Source: Azolla caroliniana (Eukaryota; Plantae; Polypodiophyta). From it: a stretch of DNA of 64,000 bases. Made by a program: the position numbers and the translations under genes. The notes under the pieces are model-generated. The model did no database searches, was not told where the DNA came from, and saw nothing but the letters and a program-made list of their open reading frames with translations. Location of the stretch: the NCBI GenBank assembly GCA_043228905.1, contig JBHGNT010000006.1, forward strand, positions 22,258,001 to 22,322,000, written 5' to 3'. This document shows, one piece after another, positions 23,453 to 38,600 of this stretch (positions are counted from its first letter, which is position 1; the number at the start of each line of letters is the position of its first letter).

Positions 23453-26400
23453 AACTCACGAAATGTTGAATAAGCATTGAACCAACACATTGAGCTTCCT
23501 TAAATGCACAATAACTAAATCATAAGTAGACAATTCATACACCAAATAAAATGAAATAAATAATCCTAATCGTAATTGTAATAATTTAATAATAATATAT
23601 AATTGGCTAAGCATATCACTAAATATAGCACATACACATACAAAACAAAGACGTTGACAACCGTTGATCCCCTATCTGACTACAATGTGCCTCCTAACAA
23701 CCATACTATCATCTATATTACTAATAACACTAAAACTACCATAACTAATGCCTTACCATCCCTCTTCTTTCTCCTCACCTCCACATCCCTCTCTAGCATA
23801 TTTATATCTTTAGCCAAAGGCCCTTTGACCGCAAAGTAGGTGCCTACGTGTTGCTAATCATACCACATTGCCTCAAATCCTAGGATAACTATGCTTTCCC
23901 ATTCATTTATTTATCATGAATTAGCCTTCCCTTTCGGACACAATGATGTCTCCATAACAATATCCTCATCTTGCATGCTCATTTATAGTCATCCTACTTA
24001 GCACTAGACTCCCATGTCTATATAGAGGACCAAACGATATTTCTCTACACTTTCATATGGTTTATACTTCATGCTCACATGTCCTTGAAGTCATTGGAAC
24101 CATTTGTGACTACATGTCCTTTTTTACAAATAGAAATAATAATTATAAGCGATGAGCATATAGATTAAGAAAATAACGGTTTAAGATGGTTTAACCACAT
24201 TGACAACCACTACGCAAAGGAGAAGACACAAACATAAAACACCAAATATTACCTTATCGATATGCGGACGAATTGGATCCAAACGACCTCACCAATAGAG
24301 TCTCAAAGATGTCTCAAGACACCATTATGAAGGTGGTAGCAAGTCCCATTTATATAACGCAACATCGTAGGCTTTTATATCACTACATCTTCCCACGTGT
24401 CATAGGTTCTTAGGGGTTTGTCTAAATCCTAGGATAATTGGTTTCTCGCTTATCCTACCCGTAAACCATTAAATTTGGTTTTACAACTAGTGACGAAGGT
24501 TATGCTTGCTTATCTTTATCTTACATTGATTTCCCACATCGGTCTCTCTTATGATTTCTATGCTCCTTAGGGTTGGGTCCTCCCACACTGTGAATGTGTG
24601 GATTTTAAAATTATAAACATGCTTTCTTCCTAATCTCCTCTTGATGTTAGTGGATTGTTGCCCAACATCCCAAAATATCAAAATTGATGCATGTTTGTAT
24701 ATATGTTGCACATTCTAACCTTTTTGGTCAATTACTACTTCGATAATGCATGTACTTCCGAGAAAAACATTTGAAATCAACGAAATTGTAAGAGACGCCC
24801 ACTATTTGTTACATCGATGAGGAAATTGACCTCTAGTTATATCACATACCTTATTGTGCATGTATGTTGAATGACTGAGAAAATAGAAATGTGCAACTGC
24901 AAATGTAAAACTCCTAAGTTTTGAGACATGGTTGGAGCATTAAAGAGAGTTTATTTTTGGATAAGAAATTAATTCATTGATGGTTGCAAAGAAAACACCA
25001 CCATACATGCACATTCGATCACTATGTTTTGCAAAATTGGAATGCATTAATAATATGTGTATGCATGAGATAATTCGAAATATTGATATAGTTTACATGA
25101 CACGTATCAATTTTTTTGACAATTGCACTTTTGGAATTGCATTGTAAGAGTCTCTTTATTGAATATTCTGGATTTAAAGAACGTTGGATTTAGACTTTAG
25201 GCACAATTATATCATGGTATATGACTACTTTTAGTAATTCAATTACCACTTGTCTAATCATTGCACTTCGAGAAACACGTACATTTTGTACGAGAAATTA
25301 TCTAGATTTCCTTACTGAATATAGCTGTTATTGAAAAAGGCATACCCCAATAAAACAAAATCATTCTCGCTAAATCCAATAAGTGAATATAGGCAATCCA
25401 AGAAGTGAATACAAAATACCTGTCTTAGGTTACATGATTTATGTGACTTTAGATGTTATACCTTATTTGTTTATTCGACATTAGTTTTTCTGGCCCGTCT
25501 ATGTAGGGGAAATGCCTTTAAATCGCTTACGGTAAATCAAGAAAAAGATTTTCATAGAGAAACAAGACATTACGTGCTAACGCACAATGTGAAAATGTTG
25601 CCTTTATTTTATATGTATTATGATAGACTTCAGACCTCCCCACCCATTCAATTTAACAAGTTTATTCCTCACAAATTCATTATTAGCTTATTAAGATTAT
25701 TTTAAAACATGGTGGCAACGTTGTGTGCTTTGAAATATTATGTTTGCGGGTTCAAGTCATATGCAAAGGATATGGTGTAAACTTATGATCATTCACGCTA
25801 ACAATTGCCTCCGAAAATCGTTGTGCGATCTCACTTTCCATAAAACAATGGCATTGCCTAATTTTAAAAGCACATGCAAGATTCCAACACAAACACACAC
25901 ACACACACATGTATTCTTATGTAACAATTTCATGATGCATTTACCTTTGTTCCTAAGATTTCTTTGATATGATTATGTAGCATAAGAACATGGGTCACGT
26001 AAAGTAATCAAAAACTCTCATAAAGGAGTATTGATCTCAACTAACTAAAGATATCTTAAATTTGTGAGAGTTAGCAAAAGCAACTAGAATGTTGCAAGAC
26101 GTGAATGTCAATGGAGGAGGCGACACACCATGGGGGTAAACAAATGAGGAGGAGCCAATGGTTGAGTGCCTCAAGGCAAGACATGGTAAACGAGAATGAG
26201 ACAAAAATGGGTGTCACATGCTAGTAACTAGGCATTCATAAAATAATCAAAAGCACCAGGCAATGATGGACAAAGACCCACATGCGAGTAACATGACATC
26301 CATAGATAACAAGATATATTAAAAACTCTAAACGGGTATGAAATATGGGTTGCTTGCATATTGACCTTGCTTGTTACATGACATGTAAGTCATATTTTCT

Positions 26401-26834
26401 TATTAATTTATACATTGATTGCCTCATCCACTAACTTGTTGTGAAGGTAATAGGTAAGCCAATATTATGATTTGTCAATCTAGCAAATAGAAAAACACGA
26501 GAGCTTGAATGCATCCTTCAAATTCATAATCCAAAAATATCAATTTATTTTCTTAGAGTAAACAATGTTTGGCCTCTTTCTTCACGTGATGGATAAGAGA
26601 AACTAATGCTTAAATGCCATTCCACTCAAATTTGCTCTATATTAACCCCCGTTGGATATGCAATTGGGGAAGGAAATGGTGTACATAAAGCGATAACATG
26701 CCATGTGATATCCTAGCACCATATGCATGAAACATGGGTGGGGCTTTTGCTACTTTGGTGGAATGTGGGTGCATGTGGAGAACTAGTTTCCACTCATTAT
26801 TTTTGAGCCACTCCCTATCCACGATATAAAGGAG

Positions 26835-26838
<4 letters not shown>

Positions 26839-26912
<74 letters not shown>
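26839..26912. repeat. (GA)n microsatellite, ~37 units
   Basis: Seen directly. Confidence 0.95.
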
Positions 26913-26915
<3 letters not shown>

Positions 26916-28922
26916 TTATTGTTGATGTTTGTGAAGAAAACTTATCATTAAGGCGCTTAGACAATTATATTTATACAACAATATAAATCAATGCTTTAGA
27001 GTTATGGAAACACATGTTTATATACGCCTTAACCCTTTTCTTCGGTAGTGGACAATGCACACTCCAACTTTCAAGCATGCTTTTTGAAAGAAACTAAATT
27101 TAATAAAAATTAGCGTAGGGAGGGAGGTATCAACTTCCATCGGCTGATATAAAATTGAACCCTCCATACACTTTCACGAAACTTAGGAATATAAGTCATA
27201 TAAGTCTTGGCTTTCATACATAAAATACAAGTAAAGGGCATTCAATTTGATATCTACCCCTACACATTCGACAAAAACATGTAATCGAGAATCTACTGAA
27301 ATCACGATAGCACTTATTTGCTTCGACACTTTTAACAAAATGTGAGGCATTTAGGGTTTACCCATAGCGAGGAGCATAAAGGTTTGTTTCCTTATAAGAT
27401 TTACACCAACCCTTCCGAGTGTTGGCATCGTTTGCTTTACGCACATTCATCACCATGCAACAAACCTTTATGGTTTGGAATTAGTTTGTCTCTTCCAATT
27501 TCCGAGCCAGTTTTTTGTCCATTTATGTCTATCCTAGCTTGTCACATGTACATTGATTCGAACATCATTTTCGTTGCAAGAATTTATTCGAGTAGTTGAC
27601 AAGATTTGGGCTTCTCTTATGGACAAAACAATATTAATGCACAAAGTGCTTTAAAAACTACATGAATATTTCAATAGAGTAACATATCATTTGACGATAT
27701 TTTCGAACAATTAACAATATTTTTCGATATTCATCATAGAACATTTGTGACATATATATTTATACCAAATCGGTGGTTGGGAAAGGACTTTGACCCAATC
27801 TAATATTGGATATGGTTTTTATCGTATTTTGTCTAATTACTAGACTACAAACCCACTTTGAATCCATGTGTTTTGTGTAGCATTTTTGTACTAGCCTTCG
27901 TGATCCCAGAAAATTAAAGAGAACCCTAACATTGCTAAAGAAGTATCTATTTGCTAATGTGTCATTCACAATGAATTGCTAGCTTCACGAGCATTGTTCA
28001 ATCTACATTTTCATCCACTTGTGTAGATTTTACTTAAATGATGAAAACGTGATATTTAGACAAGCAGGTATATCAGTACATGTATAACCACTTACTAATC
28101 AGACCATTAAATATCACGTTTTGAAGCACGTCCACCCTTCACAAATCATTAAATACAATTACCATTCCATCATGGACTAGTATGTAAGGTGTTGTGTTCG
28201 TGAACAAGCTTATCTAAACTAGGTTAAACATTTCTAAATGAATCAAAATATATCAACATCCATTGATGATTTCACTATAATTCGGAAGAACTTCCTTTTC
28301 TTGATTTGTCTAATCCATTAGAGCTCATGCAAAACCCAATGTACAGTTTCTTGTCATCTCTTATAAGATTGATGCTCCGGGACGACTCCGTCATTGCATG
28401 AATTTCCAAGGAACCAACTTCCCAAAGCCATGATTTAGGAACACACAGTGCGTTTGTCTAGATTTTGTAGTTATCCATCCGTAGTGTAGCGAATGCATGG
28501 GGAATGACATTCATAACTTTGATAGATTATCACAAGTAGATATTAAAATACGAGACATGCGAGAGAGATGTAGTTGTAAGTTCTTCAAAACTATTACGAC
28601 ACATGCCCCAAGGGGCATGCGCCCCCGATCGGCCCAAAGGATGTTCATAGTTAAGTCTCCATTCTATGGCGACAAACCTTCTTTTTTGTTGTTGTTTTGG
28701 TGCCCGACACAAATTCGAGACTCGGGGATTCATTGATTTGTGTTTGTGGAAGCAATAAAAGCATGGGGTGGTCTGTTAGGGTCTGGGGCGGATTTTGTCC
28801 GAGTACGAGGGGCCGATCCGGGCATTGAAAGTGGCTTGTGGCCTTGGGTTCGGACAAAGAGAGAGCAAGGGATTGGTACTGTTGTTAAGTCCCGCATTCT
28901 CTTTGTTTGTCCGGCCGGCCAA

Positions 28923-28968
<46 letters not shown>

Positions 28969-28987
28969 GGTTTGACTCTTGGCAGAA

Positions 28988-29093
28988 GGGGGTGGGTGGG
29001 TGGGGGTGGGGGCCACGTCATCGGGATCCCTGCCGCCACGTGTCCCTTAATGCCTCCCTGGCCTGACACGTGGACTAGCCTCGCCACGTAGGC
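28988..29093 (+). promoter_or_regulatory. G-quadruplex motif plus cluster of four ACGT-core (G-box/ABRE-type) elements upstream of bZIP gene
   Basis: GGGGGTGGGTGGGTGGGGGTGGGGG (28988-29012); GCCACGTCA (29012), GCCACGTGTC (29035), GACACGTGG (29065), GCCACGTAGGC (29083); (GA)n tract at ~28926-28964. Confidence 0.6.
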
Positions 29094-30147
29094 AGGAGAA
29101 GGAAAGAGAAGGAGAAAGAGAAGGAAAAAGAAGGAAGAAAAACAGAGACAGAGAAGACGCAGAAGACGAAGAAGAAGAAACAGGGGATGGGATGAGGAAG
29201 TAGAGGAGGAGGAAGAAGAAAAGAGGAAGAAAGAGAGAATCCATATTATGCATTATGATGATGATGAATCGGCTATGGATTTCTTTCTACCTTTCTCTGT
29301 AATTTAATAGCTGGATCGCAACAGGGCACCCCTCAAAAGCTCTGAGATTATATTACAGGTAGCAACTAAAGAAAGAGAAAGAGAAAGAGAAATAGAGAGA
29401 GAGAGAGGGAGACATCACACACACATAATCACTCTCACACAGACAGAGAATAGCTCTTTTTTCTTCTCTCACCTAAAGAAGCTACATTATTTGTTTATTG
29501 CATGAGAAATCTCCCTTAATTCCTCCCTTCTAATATAATCATAGCTTTTCTTTCCATATCTGCACACAATATCACTTACTTCCCCTTTTCTTTTCTTTTC
29601 TTTGTCGGGCTCTGCTTTTGAAGAGAACCTCCAACATGTTTAGGGTTTCTTTGAAGGAGTCTTTGTCAAAATTAGGTTTTGTTTTCTGAAGGCATTCTTG
29701 GTAAATTATTATTTTTAAAATAAATCCTAGACATATTAGGGTGTTCCCAAAATTTTCAAGATATCGGTGGCGAGTTTTAAGCTCTTTTTTTTAGGGGTGG
29801 GGTGGGGAGAGGGGCTCTGGTTTTGAAGTAATCGTTGACAAATTAGGGTCTGTTTCTTGGGAAAAATATTCTGGTTTTAAACAATTCTTACAGGCTTCCG
29901 GGTGATTTTTTGGTGATGATTTTGAGGAAGTCCTCAACTTTTCTTGAACAAATTAAGGTAGAAATCTTTGATGTTTCTTCAACAAATTAGGGTGTTCCCG
30001 ACATTGCATCAACAAATGGGGGTTCTTGTTTGTTGAACCTCCAGATTGTGAAAGAAATTTGTTTTTCTCTTTGTTTTTTTCTATCATTTCATCAAAGCTC
30101 GAGCGAGAAGCGAAAGGGTATAAGTTGTACAACTGAGTCGATCCATT

Positions 30148-31199
30148 ATGGCTAATGATCAACGTAGTCATGGTGTTGGTATTGATGGTGCATCTATAGA
30201 CTGGTCATTTGCTACATCACAAGCTTATCTTCCTCCCAGAAGCCCTCTCTTCACGAGCGGAAGTTCAGGCAACCTTATCCCGGATAACAATAGCAACAAT
30301 AGTTTCTTCTCGAATTGGCCTAAACTTCCACATTACAACGAGTATGGTGGAAATGGGGTTTCTACTAACCGAAGACATCACCAGAGGACCCCTTCAACTG
30401 GTTTTCTTCCCGTACAGACACCTGCATGGGTCGATGACCTTCTAAACGATGCTCCAGATGTGCCCCCTCCTCCTGGAAAGATTTCTCACCGTCGATCTTC
30501 TAGTGATTCATTTGCCTTCATGGATCAAACCCCGATCTCTGATATGATGTCACCGTCGTCCTCAAACATGATATCGCCATTTTCAAACATGATGTCACCG
30601 ACATCCAATGTGGTCTCAAAGCATGGGAATGGATCGAGAGATATAGATGAGAGATCAGATGCACTTCAGAAGCATAGCACACTCTATTCAAAACCTTTCC
30701 CAAAGCATAATAATGCTGTCCAATCAAATGCCAATGTTAACAATGCTCACATGTCGACGCCAGAGAGGATAAATACCCCGCTTGGGAGCTCATCCGTACC
30801 TTCCGATCATGACAGTGCTAATGCTAGCTCTATGGATGAGAAGAAAACTAGAGGATTTGGGCAGCCAAAGATTGACACTGAAGTGCAAAGTGCTTTGAAA
30901 GCTGAACCTACCACACTATCGACAGGAAAAGGGGAGAGCTCTTCAATGAACGATTCAATTCTTGATCCAAAACGTGCCAAACGGTGAGATTGCTATACAT
31001 ATATATCCGCAACTCCATGTATATCTAGGGTTCCTTTACACAATAAATATCCTGTATGTGTTCCACAGATTTTGGGCGTTTTACACATCTTGTCTCTATC
31101 TCTTGGAATTTTAACTTCTTTTGAAAAGGCGAGTATAATATTGACAAATTTCAAGTTTGATTCCTGATCCCTGGGATGCTAATAGTCTGCCTCTCTCTC

Positions 31200-31232
<33 letters not shown>

Positions 31233-32793
31233 GTCACCGTGCTTACCTAGATGTCATTAACAAATCAGATACCTTAAGCAAACTAGATGATAGGTATGGC
31301 TAAGGGCCATTTTCGTTTCTTTGGTCTCACTTACCTACGTTGGCTTTGTTTCTTTTATTTTTGAAGGATTCTAGCTAATCGACAATCAGCTCAACGGTCA
31401 CGGGTCCGGAAACTCCAATATATATCAGAACTTGAAAGAACAGTGAATATATTGCAGGTCAGAAGCTACATAGACCTAGGGTTTATTGGTATAGGCTTCA
31501 TTAATCATATTACCCCTGGATTATTTTTTCCTACAAATGCCCCTGAGCTTTCAGCATTTTCCACAAACACCTTTGGTGCCCCCCTGAAAGAGAAAAAAAT
31601 GTCAAATTGCCACATAATTTCTCTTCCAAGGGTTGACTGGGGACATTTGGTGAAATAACAAAAACTTATAGGCATGTGGGGAAATAAAGAAAAACTTGGG
31701 CTGAAGATAATGGGACTGTCTTTATCCCAATTGACTCTACTAATGTATAATTATGTGTATGCTTTTAATATAGAATTCAATGTAGGAAGTTGTATCGAAT
31801 TTGATGTTGAATGTTTTTCTTTTTGGATACTCTATTCCAGGAAGAGGTGTCTGCACTATCACCTCAAGTTACGTACCTTGATCGCCATCGGATTATTCTC
31901 AACGTCGATAACAGTGCCATGAAGCAGAGGCTGGCTGCATTGGCTCAGGAAAAACTTTTCAAGGACGGTAAGTCTTTTCAGCTCATAACTACCTCTTTTA
32001 CATTTTTGTGGTAATCTAACTGGTGAATCAACTGTTGAAAGTTTTACAAATTCTTTTATTATTTCTGAGCTGGGATTGAATGGTACCAATGAAGACTAAG
32101 CAAGCTCCTGAAGCATTCCAAATCAATGCAGGGTGGATGATGAAGCCAAATTTAGGCTTGAGTTCATTGTGCCTATTTGGCTTGAGAATGAGCAATTTGC
32201 TTTGTGTGTGTTCCTTATTGCAAGGCTTCTAGGTCTCTAAAGATGTGAATAAGTTTGAATTAGGAATCAATAAGAAGGCTATACTTTAAAGATATGCCCA
32301 TTTGCATGTCTATGGCTTTGTCTGTTATTGGCCATCTGGTTGATGTGAAATGGCCTGAAGGCCAACAGCATCTGTGCATGGTTTGGATTGTTTTAGTTTA
32401 TAGTCCATTGTAGTTGTTTTCTTATAGCAACAAATTCTTTTTTATGCTGGTCCTTACTGCAACTTGCAAATCTATGAGGTGTGCAATCAGTGTTTAGTTG
32501 GTAAATTACTTCATTTGATCTCTTTGTTACCATTGCCTTTTAGAAAGTCAGATATTTTTAAGTAATTTCCTTTATTAGCATCTCCCGTTATAAATGGCAG
32601 TGATGAAGTTTCAACCCTTGCTTGGGTTGTGGAAAGTGATTCTTGTAAATCCATTATTCAGAAGAAATTTTGTTGGTGTGGGTATGCATGATCTCAAATC
32701 TAAAACTATATAAAAAATGCAGCATGAGACCCACTAGTCAAAACTTGAACCCACAACCTTTAAGGTAGCAAAGCATAAGCTTTACCACTTACT

Positions 32794-32840
<47 letters not shown>

Positions 32841-33382
32841 TCGCATTAGTAGGGACATCGAAAGTTCCAAATATATTGTATAAAAGGCAAATGTTTTTTA
32901 ATTTGATTGTCATGTTTCAATCACTATATTTGCACCATTATAGTATAAGTTCTAAAATATATTCTTAAACTTATGATATTTGATCAATAAGAATTCTTTG
33001 CTTGAATTGATCATGGCATGAATATACAGCCCACAATGAAGCTTTGAAGAATGAAGTGCATCGGCTACGACAGCTATATCAACAGCAGCAGCAACAACAA
33101 AACCACACTGGTGACAATAACCAGTCACATTCTAATCTCATACTATCACCACAGCATGAGATTAAAGAATCTAATGAAAAAGGACTGGATGCCACCAAAT
33201 GCGTGGAATATTTATTGAAAGATAACGAAGGCGATTCGATGAAAGACAACATTATTGTACCTTCAAGGTCTCCTCCCTCGATGAAACCTATTGGACCATC
33301 GAGTTGTAATGCAACAGGAGAAAAGACTAAAGGTATAATGAACCCACAAGTAATGCACACTCAACTCCGTTCTGATTTCTGA
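30148..33382 (+). CDS. Group E basic leucine zipper transcription factor (bZIP34/bZIP61-like)
   Basis: Exons 30148-30983, 31367-31457, 31841-31967, 33030-33382. Motifs HHQRTPS, PAWVDDLL, HRRSSSDS and [30 protein letters not shown]...LSPQV...LNVDNSAMKQRLAALAQEKLFKDAHNEALKNEVHRLRQLY. Probable 5'UTR intron ~29359-29893. Confidence 0.93.
32730..32795 (-). other. tRNA-derived SINE-like head in bZIP intron 3
   Basis: Minus strand reads ...AAGTGGTAAAG...GCTACC...GGTTCAAGTTTTGACTAGTGGG (A-box end and B-box); it resembles the tRNA-like segment in the LTR at 61075-61140 and abuts a (GA)n tract. Confidence 0.5.
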
Positions 33383-35632
33383 GTTCAATACACAGAGTTC
33401 TTTTGGACTTCTACAGAAATTCTCTCTAGGATTCTTTCAAGATTGTTTTTTTTTTTCTTTGTCGAAATTGTTTTTGAATAACCTTGTCAGCGAGCTCATC
33501 CTTGGAAGATTGAGCTTGGGACAGTAAACAACATATTCTTATTCCTTTTATTCTTATTCTTTCTTTCTCTTTCTCTCTCACCCTTACAAAAAAGAAGGGC
33601 ATGCTTGTTATGAAGGTATCGACAACGACCCTCGTGCAATTGAGAATACAGTTGATTTGAGACTATATAATTCTTTGTGCTAGCTTTTTTCCCTTTATTC
33701 TAATACAAATATTTTTAATATAATGCCATATTTCAAAGACTTCCAATTGTAGGTCTTTAAAGACCGAGTAAAGTAGGGTTTTTAGGAAACCATTTCCTCT
33801 CTGAAGTATTTTGTGACTTTTAAGGAGTATTTGTGTAAAAGCAAGCTCTAGATACTAAGAAAAAGCATATATTTCTTGTTCTTGCGAGTATTGATTGCGC
33901 ATTCGTGTAAAAACAAAGCTCAGATACAAAGAAAAAGTCAACCATTAATGAAGGGTTATATATATTTCTTGTTCTTGACAATAATTATTGCTTATTGGAA
34001 ATTTCTTCTCCATCGATTGCTAGCTGATCTCGATAGCTTATTGCTTCCCATCTTTTGTTGATTGGTTTCGTAGGGTTGATTTATTGTTATGGTTGGTATA
34101 AGTAGGATGCAATGCATGAGATTATCGTTGCATCAGATTGTGCTTGCCTGTATCAATTGTTTTTTAACTTGCCACTGGTCATTTGCCATGTATGGCTGCT
34201 GTGGGCAAGTGCAAGATTTGATTTTTCACTCTACATGAACTTTGGAAACAAATTTTTAATTGAAGTTGCAAATTGAAGCAAATATACCATCATTATCAAG
34301 ATTTGAATACAGATCCAAACAGTGCAATTTGAAAGAACTAACCAAAATAGACACCTGTTTAGACGTAATGTAATTAAACTTTTACACCACTGCCTCATTT
34401 TTATTTGGGAAAATTACACCTTTGTGCTCTGTGATAGTTGACAAATTACAAACAATGGGGAGGTCAATTTTGGGCAGCTCAATTAAAATGAATGGTATTG
34501 TGGGAATTTCATAAAAGGGGCATTTTGGTAAAGCTGCACATGCATATTTGTGACATTTCATAATAGTACAGATTTATTTTTTCATCTTATGCAGTCAATC
34601 ACCCAACTCATTAACAAAAAAATTGTACCAGAACAAACCAACTCTGAATATCAACCTACAACACATAATGCTTACACCTCAATGTTCATGTAATTTTGAA
34701 ATCAATATATATGTTCCATGAATATTAGATCGTAAGGTATCTTTAATACACATCAAACCAAATTTATCATATTCTCAATTGAATACATTGAGATTGTTGG
34801 TTGGTTATGCGTACTGTTTTAACTTCTTCCAAGGTTCTAGTGTTTGCATTTGCTTGATGCATACGCATAAACTTTTGACTACAAAAACATCTGTTCTTTT
34901 CTGTTGTAAACAGCATTTTAGAATCCATTTAAATTCTTGGTGATCAATAAATTAGATTCATTTCGAAATCAGAAGATAATCAAATCCATATAACGATAGA
35001 CGATAAGGAAAGAAGAGAGCCAAGTTTTGACCATAGATCAACTATAAAGAATAGACAAAACAAAGAGAGGAAGACCTGCCATATAAAGAGAAATAATATG
35101 CAATGGCAATAATTCCATTGTTATAAGATGCGCGGTTATTATAACTTATACTATAAAAGTTACGAATGAAATACAATTTAGTTTTGTATTGTTACAAAAT
35201 CCATTCTAGGTAAATACAACCCAAACAAGATAAAATCTACAAGAACCATGAAAGAAAAATTCCAAGAAGAAATCCTCAAGGGTAACACTAGTTATATATA
35301 TCTGTATATATATGCATATATTGGAAGTACTCCAACATATGGGATATCCATAGGACAAAAACATCAGTCATTCATCACTTGGCAAGAATGACTATACACA
35401 GGCACACATGCATACGTGTGTGTATATATTATATATACATGCAATTGGTAGTTACACTAGTTGCAAACAAACATTCCTGACCAGGAACATGTTAGCCACA
35501 ACTGCATAAATATAACCACACTCTCTCCCTCCCTCTCTCTGTCTCTCTCTCAATAAATAATACTTGAACAAATCACATTGCCTTGGCGTCATAAAAAATC
35601 CTGTGCTATTTTCTAGTTTCTGGATCAAAGAA

Positions 35633-38600
35633 TCACGACCTCGGGCTGATTTTCAAAAGCAACCCAAAATGATCACTTGGTAACACAGGCAGCTTCATGG
35701 TTTGTGACGGTTTCTTCTTCACCTTCGTTTCCTTCTCGAAAGTAACTCCAGGGATTGGTTCCATACCAACTCGTTCAACACTCTTGAGTTGGAAGTTATC
35801 AAGTCGACAAAACATTCTGTCCAGCCTTTTCCTCAGCCGACTACCAAAAAGCATCGGATTCTCTTTGCTATCATATGTAAGCCCTTCCTATAACAACAAT
35901 AAAAAGGATCACAAAAATAAAAATGTCATTGTCATCATTCCTCTTTAAATATTCATAAACACAATGAAGGTGACATGTACATTTTAACGCCCATCATGTC
36001 CCATGAAGGGCAGAATCAAGAAACTAAAAGAAATGTATGAAGTGCCATATCCTATGATGATTTCGGAAATTTTTTGAACAAACTAAATGATGTTAAATTC
36101 CAGTAGTCTCATCTACTGTCAGAATTTGGAGTGGAAAAGGAGAAATAAAAAAGGGATTAAAAAAAAGAGTTCTAATTATTATTTTTTCGCTTCAAAAAGA
36201 GACGCAGTATTGGATGGTTAATATGCCCTTAAATTTCATGTCACAAAGCTACTAAAGTGTTTTCAAAATTTGAGCAGCATTTGATAGAAATAAAGCTCCC
36301 AAACAATAACATGGAAAGTGGTTGAGGAGCAATGATTGTAACAATTTTTTTAACATTATTGGTGTAATATAACCTACAAATAACCCTAATGGATGTAGCA
36401 TAAATTGATGAATAAGAGAAACAACCAAAACATAAGCATGCATACCTCATTGGGCCGTAGTGTCAACCATGCATCGCACCATCCTTGAGGGAGTGGGGGG
36501 TGGCCATCAAGTTTATCATCCCAATTCATATCACCACAGAACACGACATTTGGATGATCTTCTAGAGCATGAAATGCTTGCTTAGCTTGAGTGACACGTT
36601 CGATACTAAACATTTGATCCCATGTTGGAGGAGATGGGCAAGGACTCTCTAGATGAGTCGTCGCAACAACAAACTCTCTGCCTCCTGCTATATCTCCCAC
36701 TTTGGAAATACAAAGCTCCCTACCCATAACAGTATTGCAGTATGGACTCTTACTAAAGCTCGTCTTAGGTACTCTGCTCAACTGTTCAATTGCCAACAAA
36801 CATGAAAAAAATTCAATCAACCAAGCAATCTCTCTCTCTCTCACACACACATTATGTTGTGCATGTTGCACCAAACTACAAACCATCTTTTCAGAAGGGT
36901 GAAATTGCAATCATCAAATCATGCTAGAGCTCATCCCTTTATCTGCGATTCACACCATTGCATGAATACAACTTACTTTATACATTCTCTTTGATGCAAG
37001 ATGGAGCATTAGGACACAGATGAGGAGACACATCAACAATGCATTTCTCGCCTTGAACAAATGCTGGAATCAGACTATCATATTTTCATACAATGCAATG
37101 CATTTGACCACATTCGAGTTTTCTCGCACATTGTCAATCTGGTTCACTCCCTACACACACTACATTGTGTACTCTTGATTGCAACGTTTATGAGTACAGC
37201 TCTTGAACATTGATTCCACACTTACCATGTAAAAAGTGATTCAGATTTGGTCTCATAGGTCATATTTGAACTACAAGGATGATAATAAATTCTATCCATC
37301 TATTTCTCCCATGGACATTAAAACGATATTTATAACTATATCTATGTATATAGGAAGATTGATGGCTTTCTCTCCTACAAGAACGAATTAAGCAACAACT
37401 ATGATATCCTCTTACTTGAAGACAGAAGTAAGCTCGTTTCGAAGCGAATGACGGTGTTACCGAGCACTGATAGTCATTCCACCATGATGAACATTGGAAT
37501 AGGTTATAGATTACTGGGGTCACTTCCTGTATAATAAAAACATATAGTTTACATGATATAGATGCAAATATATATATATATATATATATAACATTTCCAA
37601 TGTTATTATCGTACAATGACCATGTACATCTGTTGTAAATCAAGCTTCTAAGTTTCAAAACTTAATGACAATAATGGTAATATAAACCAAATTCAATGAA
37701 GCACAAAAAAAACTTATACATGACAGAAGTACAAAAGACCAATGATAAATGAGAGCATACATACCTGTAAGCAAACAAAATGTGGGTTATGTTCACAAAT
37801 AATTCCGCCTATGGCATTCATTCTTGCGGTTAGTTCAAGGTCTTCTCTAAACCACACATTGTATGTCAACACAACTATACTCGAATTTCCATCCCCAACT
37901 GTACCAGCTCGCCTTCCTAAAGCCTTCACTACATTGTCACAAGATGAAAGGTTATCTTCTGGGGCAAATAAAACTGATAGACAAATTAATTCGACTTTCA
38001 TAAGAACCATCTTCATTGATAGTGTCTCGATATATCCCTCTCCCTAGAGAAATACACAACTAATATTAAAAATGCGTTCTAAATTGTTCAAAACTATCAC
38101 ATATGACATATCACTAAAAATATCTTCATTAGTAGGATCCAAAATATAATATTTTGCAGTCATGCAGTCAATATATGATAGCAATAATGCCATCATTACT
38201 CACATATGAAAAACATCATTAGAAAGACCTAAATTAGCAGATTCTCAGTATATAATTCTCATAGATGTTTTGCGAGTATGTACTAAGTATGTCCCATTCT
38301 CAAAATCAGAGAGATTTGTTTGCCAAATTATCTATAACTCTGTTCTTAATAAAATGTGATTATGTTAGAGATATTTACAGGAATACCTAGTGGCTGTTTT
38401 ATTCTGTCAATCCCCATAATCTCGATTTTCTGACCAAGCATGTCATAAGAAGCACTACCGGAGCTCGCATTGTCATCACCTGGAGATTTTCTCTTCTTGC
38501 TTCCATTAGAAGTGGTTGATCGGGCCATATTAGAGGCCAAATCCTCGGCGTCCTTGAAGAGAGATTCTTCAGTATTACCAATGCTCTTGAAGAGCGATTC

